64,000 nucleotides of DNA from Verrucomicrobiia bacterium (GTDB lineage Bacteria; Verrucomicrobiota; Verrucomicrobiia; Limisphaerales; JADLHS01), in assembly GCA_026125285.1 (NCBI GenBank), contig JAHCLO010000023.1:41855-105854 (forward strand), given 5' to 3'. The translations under genes and the position numbers were made by a program. The notes under the pieces were generated by a model. The model was not told where the DNA came from and searched no databases. It was given only the letters and a program-made list of their open reading frames with translations. Below, piece by piece: positions 35,387 through 45,221 of this stretch; positions within the stretch are counted from its first letter, which is position 1; the number at the start of each line of letters is the position of its first letter.

Positions 35387-37492
35387 ATGCTCAAACACAT
35401 TCAACCCTCGCTCGTTCTTGGCATCTTGCTTGCCGGCAGTTCCGCGCTCTCCGCGGCCGAAACCATATCGCCCATTACCCACGAGGCGCTTTGGTTGATG
35501 AAACAAGTGGGGGCTCCCGCTCCGTCACCTGATGGCAGGTGGGTGATCGTACCAGTGACGGAACCGGCTTACGACGAGAAGGACGAAGTCTCCGATCTCT
35601 GGCTTGTGCCGGGCGACGGCAGCGCGCCGCCGCGCCGGTTTACCACGGCCAAGAGCAAGGAATCGTCCCCGGCGTGGAGTCCCGACAGCCGGCAAATCGC
35701 CTTCACTGCCAAACGCGACGGTGACGACGCGGCGCAGATTTACGTGATCGCGATTGATGGCGGAGAAGCGCGGCGGCTCACGCAACTGGCACTCGGCGCG
35801 CGCGCCCCGTTGTGGAGTCCCGACGGCCAGAGCATCGCCTTCCAAGCGCCCATGCACCGCGACGCGACGAATGACGCCGACAACAAACGCATCGCCGACG
35901 AGCGCAAGCAGGCGAAGTCCAAGGTGCGCGCCTACGACGGTTTCCCGGTTCGCCGCTGGGACAAATGGCTCGAGGACGTGCAAACGCGCTTGTTCGTGAT
36001 GCCCGCCGACGGCACCTCTGCCCCGCGCGACTTGCTCGGGGGCACTGCATTGCTGCAACTCCCGGGCTACCGCGGGGCGTTTGGCGAAGGGGCGGGTGAG
36101 GACTTGCAGCCCGCATGGACACCGGATTCGCGGTCACTCGTCTTCACCGCGACAACCAATCTGGACGCCGCGGCCTACGCGGAGGTCCTGTATCAGCTTT
36201 ACGAAGTCGCGGTGGCCGGCGGCGAACCATGGCCGTTGACGGGCGGTGATCTCAGTCATCAACGCGCCACGTTCAGCCCGGACGGCAAACTGCTGGCTTT
36301 CACCACCAGCGCCGTCAAGGAGCATTACTACTCGATCAGCCGCCTGGGCATCGCCGCGTGGCCCTGGGACGGCAGCACCCGCGCGGTCGCGCCGGCGTTC
36401 GACCGCTCAGTTGGAGGCCTCGCCTTTTCGGCGGACAGCGGGACGATCCATTTTACGGCCGAAGAGGCGGGGCGGGTTCGCGTGTGGTCCGCGCCGGCCC
36501 GCGGCGGTGAGGCGCGCCTGGCCGTGGACGCACCGCAAGGTGTCTGGCTCTCGATCAGCGTGCCCGAGAAGGCGGCAACCCCCTTGCTCTTCGCCAACTG
36601 GGAAGCCGCGCACAGTCCGGCGGAAACCTATCGCGTTGATGTGGCGACCGGACGGCGCACGCGGCTGACGAGCTTCAACGTCGAGGCCGTGGCGAAAATA
36701 GACTGGGCGCCGCTGCGAGAGTTCTGGTTCACGAACAAGTTGGGCCGGGCGATTCACAGTTATCTCGCGCTGCCGCCGGCCTTCGACGAATCAAAACAGT
36801 ATCCGCTGCTGGTGCTCATGCACGGCGGCCATGCCGGCATGTGGCGCGACTCGATCACGCGCCGTTGGAATTATCACCTGCTGGCGCAGCCCGGATATGT
36901 CGTACTGCTGACGGATTACGTCGGCTCGACCGGTTATGGCCAGCAGTTCACGCGCGACATTCTCGGCGATCCGTTGCGCGGTCCGGCGGACGACATCAAC
37001 GCGGCGGCGGACGAGGCCATCCGGCGCTTCCCGTTCATTGACGGCACGCGCCAGGCGGCGGCGGGCGCGAGTTATGGCGGGCATCTCGCGAACTGGATGG
37101 AAGCCACGACCACGCGGTACAAATGCCTGATCAGCCACGCCGGCCTCGTCAGCCTGTATTCGCAATGGGCCACCAGCGACGTCATTTATCATCGCGAGCG
37201 GATGATGGGCGGGCCATTCTGGGAGATCACAGCGGCGTGGCTCGACCAAAGCCCGTCCACCTACGCAAAGCACTTTCAAACCCCGATGCTGCTGACCATC
37301 GGTGAGAATGACTTTCGCGTGCCGTTGAACAACGTGTTGGAGATGTGGAGTCTCTTGCAGCGTCAGCGCGTACCCAGCCGGCTGCTGGTCTGGCCGGATG
37401 AGAATCATTGGATTCTCAAAGGCGAAAACAGCCGCGTCTTTTATCGCGAAATCCATGAATGGCTGGCGCGGTGGCTGGGTGAAGCGCCATGA
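35387..37492 (+). CDS. S9 family serine peptidase (prolyl oligopeptidase / acylaminoacyl-peptidase type)
   Basis: Signal peptide, then N-terminal propeller motifs (SPDGRWV, WSPDSRQIAF, WSPDGQSIAF, FSPDGKLLAF). Nucleophile elbow GASYGGHLANW. C-terminal D/H region (GENDFRVP...ENHW). Confidence 0.9.
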   Translation: MLKHIQPSLVLGILLAGSSALSAAETISPITHEALWLMKQVGAPAPSPDGRWVIVPVTEPAYDEKDEVSDLWLVPGDGSAPPRRFTTAKSKESSPAWSPDSRQIAFTAKRDGDDAAQIYVIAIDGGEARRLTQLALGARAPLWSPDGQSIAFQAPMHRDATNDADNKRIADERKQAKSKVRAYDGFPVRRWDKWLEDVQTRLFVMPADGTSAPRDLLGGTALLQLPGYRGAFGEGAGEDLQPAWTPDSRSLVFTATTNLDAAAYAEVLYQLYEVAVAGGEPWPLTGGDLSHQRATFSPDGKLLAFTTSAVKEHYYSISRLGIAAWPWDGSTRAVAPAFDRSVGGLAFSADSGTIHFTAEEAGRVRVWSAPARGGEARLAVDAPQGVWLSISVPEKAATPLLFANWEAAHSPAETYRVDVATGRRTRLTSFNVEAVAKIDWAPLREFWFTNKLGRAIHSYLALPPAFDESKQYPLLVLMHGGHAGMWRDSITRRWNYHLLAQPGYVVLLTDYVGSTGYGQQFTRDILGDPLRGPADDINAAADEAIRRFPFIDGTRQAAAGASYGGHLANWMEATTTRYKCLISHAGLVSLYSQWATSDVIYHRERMMGGPFWEITAAWLDQSPSTYAKHFQTPMLLTIGENDFRVPLNNVLEMWSLLQRQRVPSRLLVWPDENHWILKGENSRVFYREIHEWLARWLGEAP

Positions 37493-37606
37493 AATGGAAG
37501 ACGGATTCGACGCACCTTGCAGAAACTGGCGGGGATGATTTCAAATTTGGATGGCTCGTAGGAATCCGGGCGTTGTGTCTGCGACCTACGGCAAAGCCGG
37601 AGTCTT

Positions 37607-37680
37607 GAGATTGCGTGAACCGCTGAAAGCGGCATGGCTTTCCTTTCGTAAACTTTGAGCGGTTCACGATCGGCAATCTC
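37607..37680. terminator. compound hairpin between convergent genes (S9 peptidase / Hsp20)
   Basis: Outer stem GAGATTGC (37607-37614) / GCAATCTC (37673-37680). Inner stem GTGAACCGCT (37615-37624) / AGCGGTTCAC (37658-37667). A second hairpin GGGAATCCC...GGGATTCCC lies at about 37710-37741. Confidence 0.45.
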
Positions 37681-37746
37681 ACGAACGACTCACGGAACTG
37701 TCAGACTTCGGGAATCCCTCGGCGTAGCCGGGGGATTCCCCAAGAA

Positions 37747-38127
37747 TTAATCGTTCACCACGATTTTCCGCGGCTTGATGCGTTCGGATTTTGGCAAGTT
37801 CAACGTGAGCACGCCCTGATTCATGCGCGCGCTGATCTTCGAGGTGTCAATGGCCGGATCGAGTTCGAACGCCCGCCGGAAATCCGCCACGCGGCGCTCG
37901 CGCAGCAGCGGTTCACCGGAACCGCAGTTGAAGGTGCGTCGTCCGGTGATGGTAATTTCCGTGCCTTCGAGGGTGATTTCCAAGCCGTCCTTGTTGACGC
38001 CAGGCATTTCCGCCTCGAGCACATAACCATCCTTGGTTTCGAAGATGTTCACTTCGGGGGCCAGGAATTGCTCGGTTTGCTCGCGTTGGTTGGTCTTGGA
38101 TGAGTCTTTTTGAAGTGTTGATTTCAT
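37747..38127 (-). CDS. Hsp20/alpha-crystallin small heat-shock protein
   Basis: 126 aa with an alpha-crystallin domain: VNIFETKDGYVLEAEMPGVNKDGLEITLEGTEITITGRR...RRFEL...I.A....GVLTLNLPK. Confidence 0.9.
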   Translation of the reverse strand: MKSTLQKDSSKTNQREQTEQFLAPEVNIFETKDGYVLEAEMPGVNKDGLEITLEGTEITITGRRTFNCGSGEPLLRERRVADFRRAFELDPAIDTSKISARMNQGVLTLNLPKSERIKPRKIVVND

Positions 38128-38159
38128 GGTGTTTTGCGGGTTGAAAGTGCTTTGGATTT

Positions 38160-38187
38160 CCTCCGGCGGATACTTGTCCGCCGGAGG
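38160..38187 (-). terminator. 11-bp perfect hairpin between the two hsp20 genes
   Basis: CCTCCGGCGGA (38160-38170) and TCCGCCGGAGG (38177-38187) with a 6-nt loop, 16 nt after the upstream hsp20 stop. No U-tract. Confidence 0.35.
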
Positions 38188-38202
38188 TTATTCGTTCGTG
38201 AA

Positions 38203-38670
38203 TCAGCCGACCGACACGTCAATTTGCTTGGGTTTGGCTTCCTCGGTCTTGGCCAGCGTGACCGTGAGCACGCCGTCTTTGTAATGTGCTTTGACCTTGT
38301 CCGGTGCGACGGGCGACGGGAGGGTCACGGTCCGATGGAATCGTCCGACGTATCTCTCGGCGCGATAGACTTCGGCGCCTTCGTGCTTCGTTTCGCTCTT
38401 GCGCTCGCCAGAGATGCTCACGGCGCCTTCGTGCAGCGAAACCTCAATATCCTCCTTTTTCATGCCAGGGAGTTCAACGGTCACGACGAAGTTGTCATTG
38501 TCCTCGAACACATCCAAGGCTGGGGTCCAACCGCTCAAGAGTCCCGACGAACCGGCCAACTCGGCTAGCGGCGACTCGAACAGACGGTCAATTTCTGTCC
38601 GGAGATCGGAGAGCCGTCCGAAGCTCTGCCAAGGAGTGAGAAACGGTCTTTGCCATCTTATTACGTTCAT
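38203..38670 (-). CDS. Hsp20/alpha-crystallin small heat-shock protein
   Basis: From ATG 38670: MNVIRWQRPFLTPWQSFGRLSDLRTEIDRLFE...WTPALDVFEDNDNFVVTVELPGMKKEDIEVSLHEGAVSISGERK...GRFHRTVTLP...V.A.YKDGVLTVTLAK. AAAGGA lies upstream of the start. Confidence 0.9.
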   Translation of the reverse strand: MNVIRWQRPFLTPWQSFGRLSDLRTEIDRLFESPLAELAGSSGLLSGWTPALDVFEDNDNFVVTVELPGMKKEDIEVSLHEGAVSISGERKSETKHEGAEVYRAERYVGRFHRTVTLPSPVAPDKVKAHYKDGVLTVTLAKTEEAKPKQIDVSVG

Positions 38671-39176
38671 GTTGGTTATCCTTTCGGTTGCATTGTTCAC
38701 TGTTGTCAGAAGTATAAAAGCTGCCGACATGCCAGCAGCTTGTAACGTGTATAACTACCTATTTAGCAGTTGCATGCGGTGATAGCGGCAACTGCAAATG
38801 CTTGCTGAATGGAGTCGTTATGACTCATCTTGATGTGCATAATGCTGATTGATGTGCCATTGAGTCGCCTTTGTGTGAAGTCAGGCTTTGGCGAAGTCCT
38901 GGGTGTTGTGAAATGGTAAGTTGCCCGGAGTTCAATTGCTACTCAGGCAACCAAGGGCGACAACTGGCAAAGCCCTCGTACAAGGGAGGAGTTGCCGCCT
39001 GTGACTGTTTAACTTGATAGCCCAAATTTCATGGATGCGAGGCGGTTTTGACCTTTTTTCGCCGTGCGCGCGGTGCAAGTGATTGCACGCCAAGCCCCGC
39101 GCTTTCCAAACGCCGCAAGTGGAGACCCAGCCCCTTCCACACCCCGCTCCCCCCATGATACACTCGCGCCCAAAAG

Positions 39177-40961
39177 ATGTTCCTGCGTTTCAACACCCGC
39201 CACAAAGACGGCAAGCGGCATCGCTACTGGAGCGTCGTCGAGAACCGCCGCCTGCGCGCCGGCCACACCACCCAGCGCACCGTTCTCTATTTGGGCGAAA
39301 TCAATGACACGCAACAAGCCGCCTGGCGCAAGCATCTCGACGCACTCAATGAAGCCACCCAACTCACCGAACAAATCTGTCTCTTCCCCGAAGACCGCGA
39401 GGTGCCGCCGGACGTCCTCAACGGCCTGCAGGTCAAACTCTCCGAACTGACGTTGCAACATCCGCGCGTCTTCGGCGATTGCTGGCTGGCCTGCCGCTTG
39501 TGGGATGAACTCAAACTGAACTCCTTCTGGCGCAAGCGCCTGCCCGACGGCAAGGCCGAAGTCCCCTGGTGCAAAGTCCTCGAACTGCTGGCCGTGCGCC
39601 AACTCGTTTCCCCGGGCAGCAAGTGGCAGTTGCATCGCCGCTGGTTTCTCGCCAGCGCGATGGACCAGTTGCTCGATGAGGACTTTGCCCTCGCTGCCAA
39701 GAATCGGCTCTACGAATGTCTGGACCGCATTGACACCCAGCGCGCCGCGCTCTTCACGCACCTGCAAGCCCGCTGGAAAGACCTCTTCGGCGCCCCTTAC
39801 GATCTGTTGCTCTACGATCTGACTCGCCCCGTGAGATAGAGCCCGTTGAGGAATCAAGCGCCGCAGCTTCGCGTATCTCACGGGGCGAGCACTTACTTCG
39901 AGGGCCAAATGGAACAAGCGCCCAAGGCCCGACACGGCCACAGCCGCGACCGGCGCCCCGACTGCCGGCAAGTCGTCATCGCCGTGGTCCTGAGCGCGGA
40001 GGGTTTTCCGCTGGCCTACGAAATCATGCCCGGCCACACCAGCGACAAGACCACGCTGCGGCACTTTCTCCAAAAGATCGAAGCGCAATACGGCAAGGCC
40101 CAGCGCATCTGGATCATGGACCGCGGCATCCCCACCGAAGACGTGCTGCGTGAAATGCGCGCCAGCGATCCGCCCGTCTCCTATCTGGTGGGCGCGCCGC
40201 GCGCCCGGTGGCAACCATTCCGCGCCGGGTTTGAAAAGCTCCGTTGGCAGGAACTGCGCGCCGGGATCGCCGTCAAACTCCTGGTCCACGGCGAGGAACT
40301 CTACGTGCTGGTCCAAAGCCAGGGCCGGCGCGCCAAAGAAGTCGCCATGCGCCGACGCCGACTCGCCCGGCTCTTATGCACCTTGCGTGCGCTGCGGCGG
40401 GTGCGCCAACGCCCGTGGAAAGGCGACACGCTCCTGCACAAACTCGGCGCCGCGCACAAGGAAGCCGGCGGCGCGTGGCGTTTTGTCAAAATCACCTTGC
40501 CCACAGCGCGCCAGAGCGTCCGCCCCGACCCCTTCAAATTTGCATTGCTCAAAGATGCGTTGAAGCAAGCGCAAGCACGCGACGGTTACACGTTATTGCG
40601 CGCCTTCCGCGCCGGCGACCAGGCCGCGCCCCTCTGGGAACGCTACCTGCAACTGGGCGAAATCGAAGGCGCCTTCAAAACCCTCAAGAGCGACCTGCAT
40701 CTGCGCCCCATCCGGCATCACGTCGAGGCGCGGATCGAGGCGCACATCTTGGTCTGCTTTCGGGCGTATTGTTTGCACGTCACGTTGCGCAAGCGCCTGG
40801 CAGCCCACGCGCCGGGCCTGACCACGCGCGAAGTGCTGGCGACGCTCTGGCGCTTTGATTGGCGATGGGAAGGAGAAAGTGGTGGCAATGTTTCGGCCTT
40901 GAGCAGAGGGAACGCCATCGGCCGTGGCGCGGAGTTGCACTCTGCCGTATCGCGCATTTGA
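39177..40961 (+). pseudogene. IS1634-family (IS4 superfamily) DDE transposase, interrupted by an in-frame stop-bearing palindrome and with a replaced 3' end
   Basis: Two same-frame ORFs, 39177..39839 and 39846..40961. They read ...LLLYDLT[63-bp insert]STYFEGQMEQAPKARHGHSRDRRPDCRQVV...IWIMDRGI...YLQLGEIEGAFKTLKSDLHLRPIRH, matching the IS1634-type YDLTSTYFEG/D/D/E layout as I remember it. Similarity is lost near 40855, where a palindromic repeat begins. Confidence 0.8.
39825..39887. repeat. 63-bp palindromic insertion (14-bp perfect stems) inside the transposase ORF
   Basis: CGCCCCGTGAGATA (39825-39838) and TATCTCACGGGGCG (39874-39887) are exact reverse complements across a 35-nt loop. Removing 39825-39887 restores CTG ACT AGC ACT TAC TTC GAG GGC, which is LTSTYFEG. 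The length is a multiple of 3, and TAG at 39837-39839 is the only stop. Confidence 0.85.
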
Positions 40962-41038
40962 AATCCGCAGACGGTGGCGGGCTGCCGGCGCCTGCTGAAT
41001 GCAACTCGGCGATACAGCAGACTGCAAGTCTGCGCAAC
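40931..41038. repeat. degenerate member of the GTAGCGCAG-family palindromic repeats
   Basis: Shares CTGCCGTATCGCG and TCGGCGATACAGCAGACTGCAAGTCTGCGC with the elements at 14928 and 51587. It starts where transposase homology ends. Confidence 0.6.
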
Positions 41039-41195
41039 AATCGGGTACGACTGAGGCCTTGCTATTGGCGGTTTCTGCCGGGCAGACGACAGCCGCCACG
41101 CAGCCGCCGGCCGATGGTCAATTCACACGGGTACCGTCTGCCACCCATGCGGCAAGCGCCAGAGCTTGTGGCGGCAAAACTCGTCGCCCCGCAAT

Positions 41196-43646
41196 TCAGC
41201 TTCCCGGCGGTACCGGGCTGGCACGCAAGCCTTCGAGCAGTCCACCGTCCGGTTTGCGGAGGCGCATGCAGAATTCCCACGGGCCGGTGTCTTGCGTGAC
41301 TTTGAGCAACAAGGCGTTCCAGCCCGCGCGCAGTTCCACCGCTTGCTTGAAGTCACCGGGCACGGCCGCGCCGCCGCGATTGACTTCGGAAATCAGTTTC
41401 CCGTTGAACCAGAGTTTGTGACCGTCGTCGGTGCCGAATTCGATGCGAGCCGACTGCGACTTGTCCGAGTGAATCCACGTGCGGGCGTAGCCGGCACGCT
41501 GTTGCCCGCCCAACGCTGCCAGCAGATCAATCATCCACGGGCGATCCGGCTTGCTGCCGGCCGGCAGCGGCTTCCAAGCCGCCTTGCCACCGGGTTGTTC
41601 CGGAGGGAATGTCGTGTCAAAAATGGAGCGCCCGAGGGCTGCCTGCGTGTAGGGTCCGGAAACCTGCCAGGCCACAATGTAATCTTCCACTTTCTCCAAT
41701 TGCGACAGCAGGGCTGCCGCACGATTACGGATGGTTTCATTCTTGGATTCGGCTTTGAGCCGGGTCGCAACAGCTTTGGCGTCCGTCGGCGACGCGCCCC
41801 TGATGGCGGAAGCCACCCCCAGCATGGCCAGTTCCGCCTCGGCCTGCACTGCGGGGAGGGTCAACAGCGGTTCGACCAACTTGAGCGCCGCGGGGTCGGC
41901 AACGTTGGCCAGACCGGACAGGAGCATTTTGCGATCATCAGTGCGTTGCGTGCGGGCGAACAATTCCTCGAAAGTCGAAACCGTTTGCTGCACGGGCAGA
42001 TCGCCGAGATTGAGCAGACGCACGCAGCCGCGCAACGCGAGAAAGCGGTGCGTCTCCTCCTCTGTCTTACGGAACACGTTCAGCAAATCAGGCAGGGCCG
42101 TCACTTCGGGCCAATCCGCCAGCGCCCGCACGGCGGTGTCGCGCACTGCCGGCTGGGGATCGGCCACGGAGGACTTGATGGCGGCGAGAGCGTTGGGTGT
42201 ATTGATCGTTCCCAACACCCGCAGGAGGGCGCAGCGGGCAGGAATGGCGCTGCCTGAAAGGCGCGCCAGCAGATGATTGGCGGTGGCCGCTTGATCGGGA
42301 ATGCGCGCACAGGCGGATTCCAACGCCGCTTCAACGGTGGAAACTTCCGCCTCGGTCCGCGCCCGGGCGAGCAAGTCAGTCAGGGCGCCAAGATCGGCGG
42401 CATCGGCGGTTTCGCCCAGGGCCTTGATGCCAGCGGCCCGGATGGCCGGGTCCGCGTCACCGGTGGCCTTGATCAATTCCGGCATGGCGGCGGTGATGCG
42501 GCGTTGCCCGGCCAGTTCCACCAGGACACGACGCGTATTGCCGGTGGCCCGGGGCAGGCGCGCCACCAATTGGTCGTCCACTTCCTTGCCCGGCAAACTT
42601 CCCAACGCCGTCTTTGCCACTTGGGCCAGTTCCGGATCGCTTTCCGCCACCGTATCGAGCAACACCGGAACGGCGGCCACGTTGCCCTGACGGACCAGCA
42701 CATCCATGGCGACCAGTCGCAACGGTTTGGCGCCACTGCGCGCGGTGGCCAGCAAGGTGGGCAACACCGCTGCATCCGTACGACCCGCGATTGCGAGCAG
42801 CAAAGGCCCCTGGCGCTCGGCCGGCAGGCGGTTCAATTCCGCAGCCAAAGCTTCGGTGACAGGACGACCGGGCAATTCCCGGGCGGTGCTCAAGCCGATG
42901 TTGAAAAGCTGCTTGTTCGGCGAGCGCAAGGTTTCGAGCAGCAAGGGCAGGCCCTGCTCCTGTCGGGCCAGAATCGCCCCGCGCGTTGCTTCGAGCCGCC
43001 GTTGTTGCGGCACGTCCGCCTGGCGCACGGCTTCATAGAGTCGGGCCGCTTGCGTCGTCTGGCCTTCCTCCAACCAGCGTTCCGCACAGAGGATGCAGCC
43101 TTCGGCCAATGCGGAGCGCACGGATTGAGGCGACTTGGCCAGTGCGGTGAGCAGCGCCTGGGCGGCGTCATTCCCTCCGATGTGTCCCAAAGCCACAGCC
43201 GCGGCGGAAGCCACGTCCGCATTGGCATCGCCGAGTTTGGCAGCCAACGGACGAACCGCCTGTGCGTCACGGCGAACGCCAATCGAATTGATGACGCCCA
43301 CGAGCAGCCGGCCTTGCAGCTTGGGCAACGCGTTGCGCAAAGCCTCTTCGGCGGCTGGCCCGGGGATCGCTTCCAGCGCAATGCGCGCCCACGCCGCCAA
43401 CTGCTCGTCAGCCAGCAACGCCCCCAGCGCAGGCGCCGCCTCGCCGGTGCCGTAAACGGCGAGGTCCTTGCACGCCGAAGCCTTGTCCGCGGATGACGAT
43501 TCAGACTGTAGCACCCGCAGCGCCTGTCGCCCTTTCTCGGCAGAAGTGGTTTGGGCGGGCGCCGTCAGGACGCAGGCGAGAAGGACTCCCGCTGCGAGCC
43601 AACGGGAGACTCCGAAGTCCGTCAATTTGATGCAATTCGTGATCAT
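41196..43646 (-). CDS. secreted HEAT-repeat protein with C-terminal beta-sandwich domain
   Basis: Signal peptide LAAGVLLACVLTAPAQ. Recurrent HEAT-like units (..VR.AA..ALG.IG....A...L...L.D.....). C-terminal about 170 aa: YIVAWQVSGPY...GTDDGHKLWFNGKLI...GWNALLLKVTQDTGPWEFCMRL. Confidence 0.85.
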   Translation of the reverse strand: MITNCIKLTDFGVSRWLAAGVLLACVLTAPAQTTSAEKGRQALRVLQSESSSADKASACKDLAVYGTGEAAPALGALLADEQLAAWARIALEAIPGPAAEEALRNALPKLQGRLLVGVINSIGVRRDAQAVRPLAAKLGDANADVASAAAVALGHIGGNDAAQALLTALAKSPQSVRSALAEGCILCAERWLEEGQTTQAARLYEAVRQADVPQQRRLEATRGAILARQEQGLPLLLETLRSPNKQLFNIGLSTARELPGRPVTEALAAELNRLPAERQGPLLLAIAGRTDAAVLPTLLATARSGAKPLRLVAMDVLVRQGNVAAVPVLLDTVAESDPELAQVAKTALGSLPGKEVDDQLVARLPRATGNTRRVLVELAGQRRITAAMPELIKATGDADPAIRAAGIKALGETADAADLGALTDLLARARTEAEVSTVEAALESACARIPDQAATANHLLARLSGSAIPARCALLRVLGTINTPNALAAIKSSVADPQPAVRDTAVRALADWPEVTALPDLLNVFRKTEEETHRFLALRGCVRLLNLGDLPVQQTVSTFEELFARTQRTDDRKMLLSGLANVADPAALKLVEPLLTLPAVQAEAELAMLGVASAIRGASPTDAKAVATRLKAESKNETIRNRAAALLSQLEKVEDYIVAWQVSGPYTQAALGRSIFDTTFPPEQPGGKAAWKPLPAGSKPDRPWMIDLLAALGGQQRAGYARTWIHSDKSQSARIEFGTDDGHKLWFNGKLISEVNRGGAAVPGDFKQAVELRAGWNALLLKVTQDTGPWEFCMRLRKPDGGLLEGLRASPVPPGS

Positions 43647-43688
43647 CTTTAACTCCTTTAAGTTTTCCAGTTCGTTACCATTCCCTGC

Positions 43689-44993
43689 TCAAATCCGCCA
43701 CGGCTCGCGCAGCGCCTCGGAACGCAGCCGGTTGGCCTCCTCGTCCCCGATGAACTCGCATTTGACCGGGTCAAACTTCACCTTGCGATTCAGGAACTGG
43801 GCAATGTTGGCGGCATGACAAGTGACGTGCGCCCAGCAGGCGGCATCCGCGTCGGCCCGGGTGCGTCCCCGCGTGCGGACACACGCGAGGAAATCGCGCA
43901 CATGGAAATTTGCCGGATAACCCGCAATCCGCGGGCGCGGACTGGCAATCAACCCCTCGGGACTGGCGGCCATTTCTCCGTTGTCGCCGGTTTCCACCCA
44001 GCCGTCCTCGCCTTCGAAGCGCACCGGGCAGGAGCCCAAAGGCAGCCAGCCATCGTCGCGCATGACCAGCTTGACGCCGTTCGCGTAACGCGCGTGGAGC
44101 TGGTTGCCTTCCGGCCAGTATTCCACCGCCGCCGTGTGGTCGGCCTCGTTGGCCCATTGGCAGAGGTCCACGCAATGCGAGCCCCATTCGAGGCAACCGC
44201 CGCCGCCGAAGTCGCCCATGAAACCGCCGCCCTTCTCGAAATTGAACGCGTTGAGCAATCGTTTGTTGAACGGTCGCCACGCCGCCGGGCCGAGGTAAAG
44301 GTCCCAATCCACCTGTTCATCCGCCGGCGCGGTTTCGGGCGGATACCAACCGCTGCTCTTGGCTTCCAGACCGCGGGGTTGCGCGTGGAGCGTGTGCAGC
44401 TTGCCCAGCTTGCCGCGTTGCGCCAGTTCCACGGCAAAAGCGAAGTTGGGCAGACTGCGACGCTGCGTGCCGGCTTGAAACACACGTCCGGTGCGCCGGA
44501 AGGTGCGCGCCAGAATCAAACTCTCGGCAATGTTCTTGGTGCAGGGCTTCTCACAATAAACGTCCTTGCCCGCCTGGGCGGAGAGAATGGAAGCCAGCGC
44601 GTGCCAGTTCGGGCCGGTGGCAATCAGCACGGCGTCAATATCCGTGCGCGCCAGCAATTCGCGCAGGTCACGATACATCGCACAGTCGGTGTTGCCGTAA
44701 AGGGTGTCGGCTTTCTGTTTGACGGCCAACCGCCGCTCCCGGCGCACGTCGCAAATGGCCACGAACTGCACCCCCGGCTCGGGGAGGAAACAATCGAGCA
44801 CATAACTGCCGCGGTTGCCGATGCCAATCGCGCCGAGCACGATGCGTTCGCTCGGAGCCACGGCGCCGCCGCGGCCCAGGGCGCTGGCGGGAATGAAAGC
44901 GGGCACCGCCACAACGGCCGCGGCGGTAGCGCCGGCACGTTTCAGGAAGGTCCTGCGGCTGAGTGCGTTTGGGAATTGATGTGCGTTCTTCAT
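43689..44993 (-). CDS. TAT-exported Gfo/Idh/MocA family oxidoreductase
   Basis: Twin-arginine signal LSRRTFLKRAGATAAAVVAV. Rossmann motif LGAIGIGNRG. The typical family core follows. Confidence 0.9.
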   Translation of the reverse strand: MKNAHQFPNALSRRTFLKRAGATAAAVVAVPAFIPASALGRGGAVAPSERIVLGAIGIGNRGSYVLDCFLPEPGVQFVAICDVRRERRLAVKQKADTLYGNTDCAMYRDLRELLARTDIDAVLIATGPNWHALASILSAQAGKDVYCEKPCTKNIAESLILARTFRRTGRVFQAGTQRRSLPNFAFAVELAQRGKLGKLHTLHAQPRGLEAKSSGWYPPETAPADEQVDWDLYLGPAAWRPFNKRLLNAFNFEKGGGFMGDFGGGGCLEWGSHCVDLCQWANEADHTAAVEYWPEGNQLHARYANGVKLVMRDDGWLPLGSCPVRFEGEDGWVETGDNGEMAASPEGLIASPRPRIAGYPANFHVRDFLACVRTRGRTRADADAACWAHVTCHAANIAQFLNRKVKFDPVKCEFIGDEEANRLRSEALREPWRI

Positions 44994-45221
44994 AATGCTC
45001 CAGTGTCTGCCGGCGGCACAGGTGACAGAGTGTGCTTCACCACGCGGCTGGTTTGGTTGTCCGGTTGAAATTTCATCGCGGCCCCGGCTGTCACCCCAGT
45101 TTCATTCCCGGCTAAACTGAACCCGTTACCGATGGCGTCAAGTCCAGAATCCGGGCTGACACAAATGAATTTCACAAAATCGGACGCTGACAGCCACGCT
45201 GGCTTCAGGTAAACACGGCAC

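Noticed and set aside
38716-38745. Sigma-54-type promoter (TGGCAT-N5-CAGC on the minus strand) upstream of hsp20
   Set aside because: The -12 element does not match TTGC, and the same bases form a simple hairpin. The evidence is insufficient.
39837-39839. The in-frame TAG as programmed readthrough or pyrrolysine-type recoding
   Set aside because: There is no Pyl machinery in view. Even if read through, the 21 extra residues would split the catalytic YDLTS motif. Disruption by an inserted palindrome is the simpler explanation.
39009-40316. 435-aa minus ORF
   Set aside because: It is antisense to the IS1634-type transposase, and the + frame carries the YDLT/STYFEG and DDE-region motifs.
42273-43496. 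407-aa + ORF (and 41166..42257 +, 43815..45068 +)
   Set aside because: They are antisense to the HEAT-repeat and Gfo/Idh/MocA genes and have low-complexity R/G/Q-rich products.
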